Positions 30,441-41,864 of a stretch of 64,000 bases of DNA are shown here, piece after piece. The notes under the pieces were generated by a model, which saw only the letters and a list, made by a program, of their open reading frames with translations, searched no databases and was not told the origin of the DNA. The position numbers and the translations under genes were made by a program. Positions within the stretch are counted from its first letter, which is position 1; each line of letters begins with the position of its first letter. Origin of the DNA: an uncultured Actinomycetota bacterium (GTDB lineage Bacteria > Actinomycetota > Actinomycetes > Streptosporangiales > Streptosporangiaceae); NCBI GenBank assembly GCA_963815575.1, contig CAWFHE010000004.1:133748-197747 (forward strand), written 5' to 3'.

Positions 30441-30983
30441 GCCGGGGCTGGGCAGGCACAGAGGCAGGACCGCGGGCAGCGGCGCAAGGGCTGAACGACG
30501 CGGACCCGGCGGTCCGAACGCACCCGGAGATATCCCGGCGGGCGGGCAGAGTTGAGGCAACCGGACCGGGCAGACCGCGCGCCAGCGGATCGGGCCGACG
30601 GTCAAGGCGCGGAGTCACAAAGCCGCCCCGCGGCTGGCCTCAGCCGGCGAGTAGCGCCAGGGCCGTCCGGCGAAACGACAGCGGTTTTGGCGGCGGGCGA
30701 CAGACTGCCGGGCTTCGTCACGCTGAGTCGTGTAGGCCAGATGGGCCACGCACAAGCTCAAAAACGGCCTAGAAACCATGAAGGCCCCCGCATGCGGCGT
30801 CATGTGGGGGTCTTCACAGGAACGGGGATGTACGGCTGGCTCAGCGGCACCAGAACTTGCAAGGTGCACCGCGCTAGTTGCTCTTTTGGGCGTCTCCAGC
30901 GGCTAATCTGAATCAGCAGACTTGCTAGTCAAGCTCGCCAGTCAAACGACAGCGAGCAAGCCCGGAAATGGGCGCCGAAGCTG

Positions 30984-31316
30984 TTAGTGAGTGGCCTCGT
31001 ATTCCTGAATGATCGAAGCCGGAATGCGACCGCGCTCGCTGACCTTCTCGCCGCGCTCGCGAGCCCACTGCCTTATTTCTGAACTGCGCTCACGGCCGGG
31101 ACCGGTGCGAGCCTTACGACGTCGGGCCCCGACGCTGACGCGCCTGGCGTGCTCGATGTAGCCGCTAAAGATGTCGTGGAGTTCCTTAGCATGCGCGGAG
31201 CAGACATCGATCTCGTAGGCGCTGCTGTCAACAGAGAACGAAACTGTCTCGTTGCCTTCGATCTCGCCATCGTGAGGTAGATCACAAACCACCGTCACCA
31301 CGGTCTTCTGAACCAT
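30984..31316 (-). CDS. lsr2: nucleoid-associated protein Lsr2
   Basis: I chose the ATG at 31316 (110 aa). The translation 'MVQKTVVTVVCDLPHDGEIEG..TVSFSVDSSAYEIDVCSAHAKEL' plus the C-terminal 'SSEIRQWARERG..VSERGRIPASIIQEYEA' is canonical Lsr2. It lies upstream of clpC1, as in mycobacteria. Confidence 0.95.
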   Translation of the reverse strand: MVQKTVVTVVCDLPHDGEIEGNETVSFSVDSSAYEIDVCSAHAKELHDIFSGYIEHARRVSVGARRRKARTGPGRERSSEIRQWARERGEKVSERGRIPASIIQEYEATH

Positions 31317-31523
31317 CAGGCTGCCTTTCACTGAAGTCCTTTTAGGCAACTTAAGATATACCACACCTGACGCGGTGACAATTCGGCTTAGCCGTTTAGG
31401 CAGCTGTGCGGTATCGCATTGCGTGGACAATGCGACCGTCGGATGTAACGCAGGGTAATCAGAGGCCACGCACGTGCAAGTGGTCGCGGACGGCAACCGC
31501 AGCCACCGCGATCGCCTTCCGGC

Positions 31524-31685
31524 TTAACTATCTTGCTCGTCATCCGGGTCGGCCGCGGAAATATCTTCCGGATCGGCGGGATCAACCCGCCCGCGTCCCA
31601 TCTCATGCCGCAAGAAGACAACAATCGCGATGATCACCACGGCGGCGATCAGGAACGGCGGCGTAAGTGCGCTCAGGTCCGTCAT
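31524..31685 (-). CDS. small membrane protein (53 aa, hypothetical)
   Basis: ATG at 31685 with GAAGGGAG upstream. It has one hydrophobic helix ('PPFLIAAVVIIAIVVFL') followed by an acidic tail. Confidence 0.45.
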   Translation of the reverse strand: MTDLSALTPPFLIAAVVIIAIVVFLRHEMGRGRVDPADPEDISAADPDDEQDS

Positions 31686-32166
31686 CAGGCTGATGCTCCC
31701 TTCGCCGGTCCGTCCAGTCAGCCCTTCGGCAGGAGGCTGGCCTGCGCAGATCTGTCCCGAGCCAGGCACGGCCGCTCCGGCGCTGAGCCGCCTGTCCGAC
31801 CGCTAACCGGCCTTCGACGGCTAGGCTCTGCCACTGATTTTGCCGCATTAGGACGACCGCCCTGCGCCCAGGGCCGTCAGGCACGCGAGACGCGCCTGCT
31901 CCACTGCGGCCTAAGGATAGTCGCCGCCCGCTGCGATTACCGATGTCCTATCAGCCGCGCCGAAGTCCGGCCACAGTCTCGTCAGCGCGATAATTGTGAT
32001 CCCGCACAAAGTTGCGGCGACGGGCCTAATTCACTGCGCTCCCCGGTAGGGGCAGACAGTGCGTCGACAGTCGTCAGCCGGTGCAGCCACCCGTCGCTTG
32101 CAGCTACAACCGGGGTACGGGCTCGCAGACGCGGACCGCCCGCCCGGCCTCGGTCATCGCCGACCC

Positions 32167-32667
32167 TTACATTCTTAGCAGCATGCGGGTGTTGCCGAGC
32201 GTGTTGGGTTTCACCCGGTCCAGGTCGAGGAACTCGGCAACACCCTCGTCATACGAGCGAAGCAGCTCCGCATAGACCTCAGGAGTCGTTGCCTGACCAT
32301 CGATCTCAGCAAACCCGTGGCGCCGGAAGAACTCCACCGCGAAGGTAAGCACGAATACGCGGCTGACACCCAGTTCGCGAGCAGTGTCCAGCAGCGCGAG
32401 GACTATCTGGTTTCCGACACCACGGCTTTGATGACCATCTGCCACTGCGACCGTTCGGATCTCGGCCAGATCTTCCCACATCACGTGGAGCGCGCCACAG
32501 CCGACGATTTCGCCTTCCGTGGAGCTAGCGACCCAGAACTCCTGGACGTCCTCGAACAGCGCCACAGTTGCCTTATCGAGCAATCGCCCTGAACTGGCAT
32601 TCGCGTCCACCAGTGCGCGGATCGCCCGGACGTCCGAAGTCCTGGCACGCCTGATTGCATAGTCCAT
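32167..32667 (-). CDS. amino-acid N-acetyltransferase (GNAT, short ArgA-like)
   Basis: 166 aa. 'IRRARTSDVRAIRALVD', 'HQSRGVGNQIV' and 'VFVLTFAVEFFRRHGF' resemble the short actinobacterial N-acetylglutamate synthase family. Confidence 0.7.
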   Translation of the reverse strand: MDYAIRRARTSDVRAIRALVDANASSGRLLDKATVALFEDVQEFWVASSTEGEIVGCGALHVMWEDLAEIRTVAVADGHQSRGVGNQIVLALLDTARELGVSRVFVLTFAVEFFRRHGFAEIDGQATTPEVYAELLRSYDEGVAEFLDLDRVKPNTLGNTRMLLRM

Positions 32668-33003
32668 CCGGGGTTGCCGCCTTCGTGCCGTGCCCTGAGC
32701 CCCCCTTAGGGGACATCCGTCGCCTCGGACGTAAGGATCCCAAAGACAGTGACGACTGCCAAATGGGACCGTCCATTGCGCTCGTTTGGGCCCCGGTTAT
32801 GCCCGAACCGCTGTCCATAGTCAACTCAGACACGCCGTCCGACCTGCGGCGATGCCGAGCAAGCAAGACTCGGGCGGGAGCGCGGCAGCACGATGTACCA
32901 ATGAGCGGAGCGGTTACCGCAGGCAAAAAGACCGATGTGCCCCAGGCGCGAACCCGGTGAAAATCTTCCTTGTTTCCGCCCGCGGTAACGGCCCGCTCGG
33001 TAA

Positions 33004-33208
33004 TCTCCATCGCTGATACCCCGTTGCAGCCCCCGGAGCCTCGGAGGCATGCAACCCGCCGAGTTCCTGATCGCCCTGGCGCGATCGGGGAGCCGGGGAC
33101 CCAGTCAGATCCCCGGGGTGAATCGGCGGGCCTGCGAAGCGTACTGGTCTGGCAGGCCTGTCGTAGGGCTGCTCCAGCCCGAACCCGTCAGCTAACCCGG
33201 TAGGCGGT
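33004..33208 (+). promoter_or_regulatory. ydaO/yuaA-type cyclic-di-AMP riboswitch
   Basis: The conserved blocks appear in the canonical order: AUCGCUGAUACC (33009-33020), GGGGACCCA (33095-33103), GGGGUGAAUC (33115-33124) and CCCGAACCCGUCAGCUAACCCGGUAGGCG (33178-33206). It ends 4 nt before the SD AGGAGAGGAG of the NlpC/P60 gene. Confidence 0.85.
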
Positions 33209-33227
33209 CTAGGAGAGGAGACGGAAC

Positions 33228-34313
33228 GTGAAGCGCATGCCGCTGAGCAGGCATGTACCACGGCATTCCGAACCGATTTCCCCCCGCTCCGGGACATTCC
33301 TTCCGTCCCGCTCTGCCGCCCGCGCTAGCTTCGTCCGCCGCACAGTCGTCCTCGCCGGAGCCATAGCGATCTGCGGCGGGCTGCTGGCAGGTGGCTCAGC
33401 GAACGCGGCGCCGGCTGCGAAGACGAGCGGTCCCGGACTGAAAGCAATTCTGGCCGAGGCGAATGCGCTGTCCGAGCAGATTGACAGCCTCAGCGAGCAG
33501 TACGACGCCCTCCGGATCCAGCTCGGCGAGGCCAAGACCGCGGCCGCGATCGCCCGCGAGGACGCCGCTCGCGACGAGCAGATCCTGGGCCAGGATCAGA
33601 CCTCCATCGGAGCGATTGCCGTCGAGAACTACATGACGGGTGGCATCAACCCGAGCATGCAGCTGCTCACTACCGCGTCGCCGCAGGGCCTGCTGAACCG
33701 GGCCTCGATCATGACCCAGATCCAGCAGGAAAACGGCCTCAAGGTCAGCCGGGTAGCCAACGCCGTGGCAGCGGCTGCGCGTGCCCAGGAAGCAGCGGCC
33801 CAAGAGCAGCAACAGGCTAGGAACCTCGCCGCGGCGATGGCAGCCAAGCAGGCCGTCATCCAGAAGAAGGAGAACTTCTTCAACGGCCAGGCCTTCAAGA
33901 AGGCTCAGGCGATATTCCAGCGGACCGGCAACTACCCCATCTCGGCGTCCGAGATACCCGGCGACTCGTACGAGGTCCAGGCACTGAAATGGGCACTGTC
34001 GGTGGTCAACCGCTGCCCGTACGTCTGGGCCGCTGCCGGGCCCTGCGCCTTCGACTGCTCAGGCCTGGTGCTGTGGGCCTACGCGCATGTCGGAATCAGC
34101 CTCTTGCACTTCACCGGTGATCAGTGGAACGAGATCGTGCACGTTCCCCGCAGCGAGCTCAAGCCTGGCTACCTGATGTTCTTTTACGGGCTCGACCACG
34201 TCGGCCTTTATCTGGGAAATAACCTATTCGTCGATGCGCCAACTTTCGGCCAGGACGTGTCCGTTCAAGAGGTGCCGTGGGGAAGTTACGACGGCGGCGG
34301 TTACCCACCCTGA
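33228..34313 (+). CDS. secreted NlpC/P60 family peptidoglycan endopeptidase with N-terminal coiled-coil (RipA-like)
   Basis: GTG at 33228 after AGGAGAGGAG. It has a signal/TM region, a coiled-coil ('LSEQIDSLSEQYDALRIQLGEAK') and the C-terminal catalytic block 'DCSGLVLWAYAHVGISLLHFTGDQW...GLDHVGLYLG'. Confidence 0.9.
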   Translation: MKRMPLSRHVPRHSEPISPRSGTFLPSRSAARASFVRRTVVLAGAIAICGGLLAGGSANAAPAAKTSGPGLKAILAEANALSEQIDSLSEQYDALRIQLGEAKTAAAIAREDAARDEQILGQDQTSIGAIAVENYMTGGINPSMQLLTTASPQGLLNRASIMTQIQQENGLKVSRVANAVAAAARAQEAAAQEQQQARNLAAAMAAKQAVIQKKENFFNGQAFKKAQAIFQRTGNYPISASEIPGDSYEVQALKWALSVVNRCPYVWAAAGPCAFDCSGLVLWAYAHVGISLLHFTGDQWNEIVHVPRSELKPGYLMFFYGLDHVGLYLGNNLFVDAPTFGQDVSVQEVPWGSYDGGGYPP

Positions 34314-34338
34314 GCCAACTCGCCGCTGTCCCTAGCTG

Positions 34339-34371
34339 CTGCCCGGCCGGATCCCCCCTCCGGCCGGGCAG
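34339..34371. terminator. bidirectional stem-loop between convergent NlpC/P60 and lysS genes
   Basis: A perfect 13-bp stem, CTGCCCGGCCGGA / TCCGGCCGGGCAG, with the 7-nt loop TCCCCCC. There is no strong U-tract. Confidence 0.55.
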
Positions 34372-34415
34372 CTCGATTTACCGCTCCGGCCAGGTCGGAT
34401 AGCGCGACGGGTGGT

Positions 34416-35915
34416 TCAGGCAGGCGGCCGGTCGGCCGGCTTGACGAGCGGGAACAGCACGGTCTCGCGAATCGACGCCCCGGTCAGCATGATGAGCATC
34501 CGGTCGACGCCCATCCCCATGCCGCCACTCGGCGGCATGCCGTACTCGAGGGCGCGCAGGAAGTCCTCGTCCAGCTGCATGGCCTCCGGATCACCGCCAG
34601 CCGCCAGGAGCGACTGAGCCGTCAGCCGGGCGCGCTCTTCAACCGGATCGACGAGCTCCGAGTAGGCTGTCGCGATCTCGGTGCCGAATGCCACCAGGTC
34701 CCACTTCTCGGCCAGCCTCGGGTCATCCCGGTGCTGCCGGGTCAGCGGCGCCACCTCGACGGGAAAGTCGCGGTAGAAGGTCGGTTCCACGGTCCTGGCT
34801 TCCACCAGATGCTCGTACAACTCCAGCAGGACCTGCGCGCGGGGCCAGTTGGGCTGCAGCTCGATCTTCCGCTCGGCGGCAAGGTCCCGCAGTGCCTTCT
34901 CGGGCGTATCTGGAGTGAGCTCCTCGCCGACAGCCTCCGACAGGGCGCCGTGCACCGTGGCCTGCCGCCAGGTCCCGGTGATGTCGACCTCGGATCCGTC
35001 CGGCCGGCGGGCGATCTGCCTGCCGTGAGCTGCCTCCGCCGCCGCCTGCAGAAGCTGCGTGGTCAGCGTCTGCATGGTGTTGTAGTCGCCGTACGCCTCG
35101 TAGGCCTCGAGCATCGTGAACTCAGGATTGTGCGAGGCGTCAGCGCCTTCGTTGCGGAAGATCCGGCCGATCTCATAGACGCGCTCGATGCCGCCGACCA
35201 CCAGCCGCTTGAGGTAAAGCTCCAGCGCGATGCGCAGGTACAGGTCCAGGTCGAACGCGTTGATATGAGTGGTGAACGGCCGGGCGTTCGCGCCACCGTG
35301 CAGCGTCTGCAGCACCGGCGTCTCGGCCTCTAGATAGCCGCGCGCGTGCAGTTCTTCCCGGACCGACCGGACGACGGCTGCGCGCGTCTCCGCCATCTGC
35401 CGGCTTCGGGATTGGTCAGCAGATCCAGGTAGCGCTGACGAACCCGGGACTCGGCGTCAGTCAGGCCCCTGTGCTTATCCGGCAACGGTCGCAGCGCCTT
35501 GGCCGTTATCGCAAACGAATCAGCCAGGATCGACAGCTCGCCGCGACGCGACGAAATAACCTCGCCAGTGACCCCGACATGGTCACCAAGGTCGACATCG
35601 GACTTCCACGCGGCGAGAGCCTGGTCACCCACCCGGTCCAGCGAAACCATCACCTGAATGTCTCCGGAACCGTCGCGGATGGTCGCGAAGCAGAGCTTGC
35701 CGCCGATTCGGGACAGCATGACCCGGCCGGCTCACACCGACTATCTTGCCGGTCACGGAATCGGCGGGCAGCCCGTCGAACTCGGCACGAACCTCAGCGA
35801 TGGTATGCGTACGCGGGAACCCGACCGGGTAGGGGTCGACACCCGCCGCCCGCAGCCGATCGGCCTTCTGCAGCCGCACCTGCATCTGCTCAGGGAGCTC
35901 AGCTTCGTCTGTCAT
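34416..35915 (-). pseudogene. lysS: lysine--tRNA ligase, split over three frames by two single-nucleotide indels in this sequence
   Basis: Segments 35915-~35733, ~35731-~35402 and ~35400-34416 together give a colinear class II LysRS ('...VTGKIVGV|[20 protein letters not shown]...NPEA|..[17 protein letters not shown]...'). The shifts are near 35732 (extra base) and 35400-35404 (C-run one base short). Confidence 0.9.
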
Positions 35916-36757
35916 CTGCCTGAGGCTACCGTCGTACCGGGCACGCCCGGGCGGTCCGTGCCGCTACCCCGGTCAACGGTGTTCCGCTCGTAAGTGAGCC
36001 GCAGGCCGATCAGCGTCAGCCAGGGCTCATACGCATCGATCACCGCCACCTCGTCGATGACAAGCGGCGCGAGCCCGCCGGTCGCGATGATGGTGACGGA
36101 ATCCGGGTCAGCGGGAGCGAGCTCAGCCGCCATCCGTGTCACGATGCCCTCGATCTGGCCGGCGAAACCGAAGATGATCCCGGATTGCAGCGCCTCGACC
36201 GTGCTCTTGCCGATCACCCGGCTTGGCCTGGCGAGCTCCACCTTCAGCAACTGAGCTGCCCGCCGGGACAGGGCATCGACGGAGATCTCGATGCCCGGCG
36301 CTAGCGCGCCGCCGACGAACTCGCCCCGCTCACTCACCGCGTCGAAGTTCGTCGACGTGCCGAAGTCGACCACGATCGCCGGGCCGCCGTACAGGTGCAC
36401 GGCCGCAACCGCGTTCATGATCCGGTCGCTGCCGACTTCCTTCGGGTTGTCGTACCGCAGCGGCACACCGGTCTTCACGCCCGGCTCCACGATGACTGCT
36501 GGAACGTCGCCGTAGTAACGGCGGCACATCTCCCGCAGCTCGTGCAGCACCGAGGGGACGGTGGAGCACAGCGCGATGCCGCTCACGTCCGGCTCGGTGA
36601 ACAAGGTGCTCTGCCGCAGCAGGCCTTGCAGCAGCACGGCTAGTTCGTCCGCCGTCCGAACCGGGTCAGTCGAGATGCGCCAGTGCTCCACTACCTCCGC
36701 ACCGTCGAACAGGCCGAGGACGGTATTAGTGTTGCCGACGTCAATCGTCAGTAGCAT
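35912..36757 (-). CDS. coaX: type III pantothenate kinase
   Basis: I chose the ATG at 36757. 'MLLTIDVGNTNTVLGLF' and 'DFGTSTNFD' are CoaX motifs. Its stop overlaps the lysS start (ATGA). Confidence 0.9.
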   Translation of the reverse strand: MLLTIDVGNTNTVLGLFDGAEVVEHWRISTDPVRTADELAVLLQGLLRQSTLFTEPDVSGIALCSTVPSVLHELREMCRRYYGDVPAVIVEPGVKTGVPLRYDNPKEVGSDRIMNAVAAVHLYGGPAIVVDFGTSTNFDAVSERGEFVGGALAPGIEISVDALSRRAAQLLKVELARPSRVIGKSTVEALQSGIIFGFAGQIEGIVTRMAAELAPADPDSVTIIATGGLAPLVIDEVAVIDAYEPWLTLIGLRLTYERNTVDRGSGTDRPGVPGTTVASGR

Positions 36758-37682
36758 CTGGCGTCCCGATTGTCGCGTTGGCCTGAACCAGGTCGAGGCC
36801 GATGTCCAGTGCAGGTGCCGAGTGGGTGAGCGCCCCAACGGCAAGGTAGTCCACGCCAGTCTCGGCGACCGCGCGGGCAGTGGCCAGCGTCAGTCCGCCG
36901 CTGGCTTCAAGCCGCGCACGGCCGCCTGTCAGGGCCACTGCCGCTGCCATATCGGGCACGGTGAAGTTGTCCAGGAGGATTTCGTCAGCTCTGGCCTCAA
37001 GCGCCTCAGCCACCTGGTCCAGGTGTCGCATTCCACCTCGACCGGCAGCCCCGGCACTTGCCTGCGGATTGCCGCGAATGCTGCGGCCACCGATCCCGCC
37101 GCTGCCACGTGGTTGTCCTTGATCAGCGCGGCGTCCGACAGCGACATCCGGTGGTTCAGCCCGCCGCCGCAGCGCACCGCGTACTTCTCCAGCGCGCGCA
37201 TGCCGGGCGTGGTCTTGCGGGTGTCACGGACGCGCGCTTGCGTGCCTGCGATAGCGTCGGCCCACTGCCGCGTCAGCGTCGCTACTCCGGACAGGTGGCA
37301 GAGCAGGTTCAACGCGGTCCGCTCGGCGGTCAGAATCGGCCCGATGAGCCCGGTCACGCGCAGCACCGGCTGGCCAGCGGTCACCTGGTCCCCATCCGCC
37401 GCCAGCTCGGCGACGTCTAGCTCCGGCGCGTCCGCACCCGCGGACACCAGCGCGAACACCGCCGACGGCGACTGGCAGGCCGGCAACTACCCCGGCGGAC
37501 CTGGCCACCAGGTCGCCGCGTCCGGTCGCGCCCGCCGGGACGGTCGCAGCAGTCGTCACGTCAGATCCGCCCGCCAGGTCCTCTGCTAGTCCGGCGGACA
37601 AGAGCAGCGACAGCAGCCGGATCGAGCCCGACGGTGCGCAGTCGATCCGCCAGCCGCGATATTCAGGATCGGGAACGGGCAC
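36741..37682 (-). pseudogene. nadC: nicotinate-nucleotide (quinolinate) pyrophosphorylase, split over three frames
   Basis: The three fragments are colinear with NadC ('...[21 protein letters not shown]...[36 protein letters not shown]...VEVEC|D.LDQVAEAL...ILLDNF...'). The shifts are near 37470 and 37020 (C-run one base short). Confidence 0.85.
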
Positions 37683-37708
37683 AACCGGGCCCGGGCCTGC
37701 CTGACAAG

Positions 37709-39349
<1,641 letters not shown>

Positions 39350-39353
<4 letters not shown>

Positions 39354-40267
39354 GCCGGACCGCTGCCGACTTCGATGCTGATGTTGTCGATGAGCCTGGT
39401 CGCGCCGACCTTGGCCGCGACCAGCAGGGTAGCGGGACCGTGATAGCCGGATCCGACCTCGGTGAACGAGCGGGAGTCGACGAGGACGAGATAGTCGAGC
39501 TCGACCGGCGGGTCGGCGGATGCCGCGGCGCCCAGCACCGAGCGCGCGGCGGCCAGCATTGCCGCGGCACCGTGCGCGGCAAGCGCGCACGCGGCGGCGA
39601 GTGCTTCCGACAGCGCGAGCGCGGACATTCGCTCCGCCGCCGACAGATAGCTGTTGCGGCTGGACGCGGCCAGGCCGTCCGGATCGCGGAATAGCGGAGC
39701 CGACTCGACCCGCACGCCGAGATCCAGGTCGGCTACCATCTGCCGGATCAGGGCGAGCTGCTGCGCGTCCTTCGCGCCGAAGACGCCGGCGTGCGGACGC
39801 GTCAGCTGGAAGAGCTTGAGCACGACGGTCAGCACGCCGTCGAAGAAACCTGGCCGCGACTTGCCCTCGAGCACTCGTCCGAGCGGACCCGGATTAACGG
39901 TGACCATTGGCTCCGCCGGATACATCTGCGCGTGGTCGGGGCTGAAGACGGCGCTGGCGCCTTCCTCGGCGCACACGGCGAGGTCGGAGTCCAGCGAGCG
40001 CGGGTACCGGTCGAAGTCCTCGCCCGGCCCGAACTGGAGCGGGTTCACAAAGATCGACACCAGGACACTTCCGCCCGGCCCGGCCAGCTCGCGCGCCAGC
40101 CGCAACGGCGAGCGGTGGCCGTCGTGCAGCGCTCCCATGGTCGGTACCAGCACAACCGGCTCTGGCAGTGCAGCCCGCGCGGCGGCCAGGCCTTTCCGCG
40201 TCCTGATCAGCATCGGCACCGGCGGCGGCGCCTTGCCCGGCGCTACCGCCGCGTGCACCGCGGTCAT
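39350..40267 (-). CDS. panC: pantoate--beta-alanine ligase
   Basis: 305 aa. It has 'VPTMGALHDGHRS', 'VSIFVNPLQF' and 'FGAKDAQQL'. Confidence 0.92.
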
Positions 40268-41190
40268 GTGCGTGCCTCCGCCAGCACGTCGAGCAGCCGC
40301 TGCGCGTCTGGTGCGCTCAGCATCCCGCTGGCCAGTGCCCTGGACGCAGTCAGCCTGGCCAGCGCGAGGTAAGCCGGAAGCGCCTCCGGCGCATCGGCGC
40401 GCAGCGCCTCGACGTGACCGGCGACGGTCTCAGCGTCGCCGCGTGCCACCGGCCCGGTGAGACCGGCGTCACCAAACCGCAGCGCGTTGTCCAGGGCGGC
40501 GGACAGCAGCGGCCCGAGCATCCGCGCGGGCTGCGCTACCCCTGCCCTGGTGAGCAGATCCTCGGCTTCAACCACCTGGGTCACCAGGTGGTTGGCGGCG
40601 CCGGCCAGGGCTGCGTGATAAAGGCCCCGGTCCGGCTCGGCGATGAAGACCGGCTCGGCGCCCATCTCCATCACCAGCACCTCCGCGGCCGGTCGCAGGA
40701 CCGTCGGGGCAGTCACGCCGAAGCAGATGCCGGCGAGCTTGTCAGCATCGTCCGCCCGTCCGGTGAACGTCATCACCGGGTGCAGCGCGAGTGGCAGCGC
40801 GCCGAGGTCGGCAGCCGGCTGTAGCACAGCCAGGCCGTGCCGGCCGCTGGTATGCGCCAGCATGCGCCCGGCTAGCGGTGCGCCGGTCGCAGCCAGGCCT
40901 CGCACCAGGCCGGCCAGGGCGTCGTCGGGCACCGTGAGCAGTACCAGGTCTGCAGCTGCGATCACGTCGGCCGGCAGGCGCACCGGCGTGCCGGGCAGGT
41001 AGTCGTCGACGCGCTCCCTGGACGCCGCCGACACCGCAGACACGGCGACTATCCGGTGCCCGGCCCGGCGGAGTGCAACGGCCAGCGCGGTCCCGACCCG
41101 GCCAGCTCCTATCACGCCGACGTCGAGTCGCGCCGGGTGCCCGGGCTCGCCCGGGCCGGCTCGCATGCCTGCGACTGGATCAGAACTCAT
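40264..41190 (-). CDS. Rossmann-fold oxidoreductase with DUF2520 domain
   Basis: 308 aa. It has the N-terminal 'VGVIGAGRVGTALA' and the conserved position next to panC seen in actinobacteria. Confidence 0.7.
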   Translation of the reverse strand: MSSDPVAGMRAGPGEPGHPARLDVGVIGAGRVGTALAVALRRAGHRIVAVSAVSAASRERVDDYLPGTPVRLPADVIAAADLVLLTVPDDALAGLVRGLAATGAPLAGRMLAHTSGRHGLAVLQPAADLGALPLALHPVMTFTGRADDADKLAGICFGVTAPTVLRPAAEVLVMEMGAEPVFIAEPDRGLYHAALAGAANHLVTQVVEAEDLLTRAGVAQPARMLGPLLSAALDNALRFGDAGLTGPVARGDAETVAGHVEALRADAPEALPAYLALARLTASRALASGMLSAPDAQRLLDVLAEART

Positions 41191-41372
41191 AGCTCGCCCA
41201 CTGGCCCGGGCGGCCCAGCCCGATGCCGCTCATCACGGGCTCGTCACCGCCCTGGTTGGGTACTCCTGACCGAGCATCCTCCCGGATCTGGTTCGGCTAG
41301 CAGCAGCCGGGGCCGGGCCTGACCCCCGCCTAGGCCAGCACTGCCCGGGCCAGCAGAGTCTGTCGAGCACCG

Positions 41373-41864
41373 TTACGAGTGCCATTGCCAGGAGTCCTTT
41401 TGCTGCGAATCGTCATCGGAGTCATCCGGCGGCTTAGGCGCGCGGCAGCACCGCTCGAGGTACAGCGCCGCCGCCATCAGGGCGATTGCCGCCGCGACGG
41501 TCGCCCCGGCGACCCTGGCGTCGCGTGCCGGGATCGACTTGTCCAGTGACCCGAGAACGAAGATCAGATAACCGCTAGCCAGTCCGCCGAGTGCTGACGC
41601 GGCGATCGAGCTTGCTTTCGCCAGCGCCACGAGTCTGGCCACGGCGATTGGCGCTATCGGCTTCGTCCCCTCCCGGCGTCGAGTCAGCCTGTTGCGGATA
41701 TGCCTGCCAACGACGGTCTCGGCGATCGCCAGGGCCGCCAGTGCGGGAATCGCCGTGACTGGCAGCAGCGGCAGGTTCTCGAACGTAGCGCGAGTCGCCA
41801 GCCACGCGACGATCGCGCAGACGGCGAAGACTCCGGCCAGCGTGCCAGGGCGCGTCAGCTGCAT
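41373..41864 (-). CDS. DUF3180 family membrane protein
   Basis: 163 aa with four hydrophobic segments. It occupies the conserved position downstream of folK (Rv3605c-like). Confidence 0.7.
   Translation of the reverse strand: MQLTRPGTLAGVFAVCAIVAWLATRATFENLPLLPVTAIPALAALAIAETVVGRHIRNRLTRRREGTKPIAPIAVARLVALAKASSIAASALGGLASGYLIFVLGSLDKSIPARDARVAGATVAAAIALMAAALYLERCCRAPKPPDDSDDDSQQKDSWQWHS

Noticed and set aside
30778-30816. Hairpin (tgaaggcccccgcatg / catgtgggggtcttca) as the intrinsic terminator of lsr2
   Set aside because: On the lsr2 (minus) transcript the stem has two A-C mismatches; they are G-U pairs only on the plus strand. No U-tract follows, and it lies about 170 nt past the stop. 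It is too weak to call.
30108-30911. ORFs 30108-30605(-), 30214-30618(-), 30146-30523(-) and 30552-30911(+) as protein-coding genes
   Set aside because: These are overlapping open frames across a repeat. The translations are Pro/Arg/Ala low-complexity, with no SD and no start context. This is consistent with non-coding GC-rich DNA.
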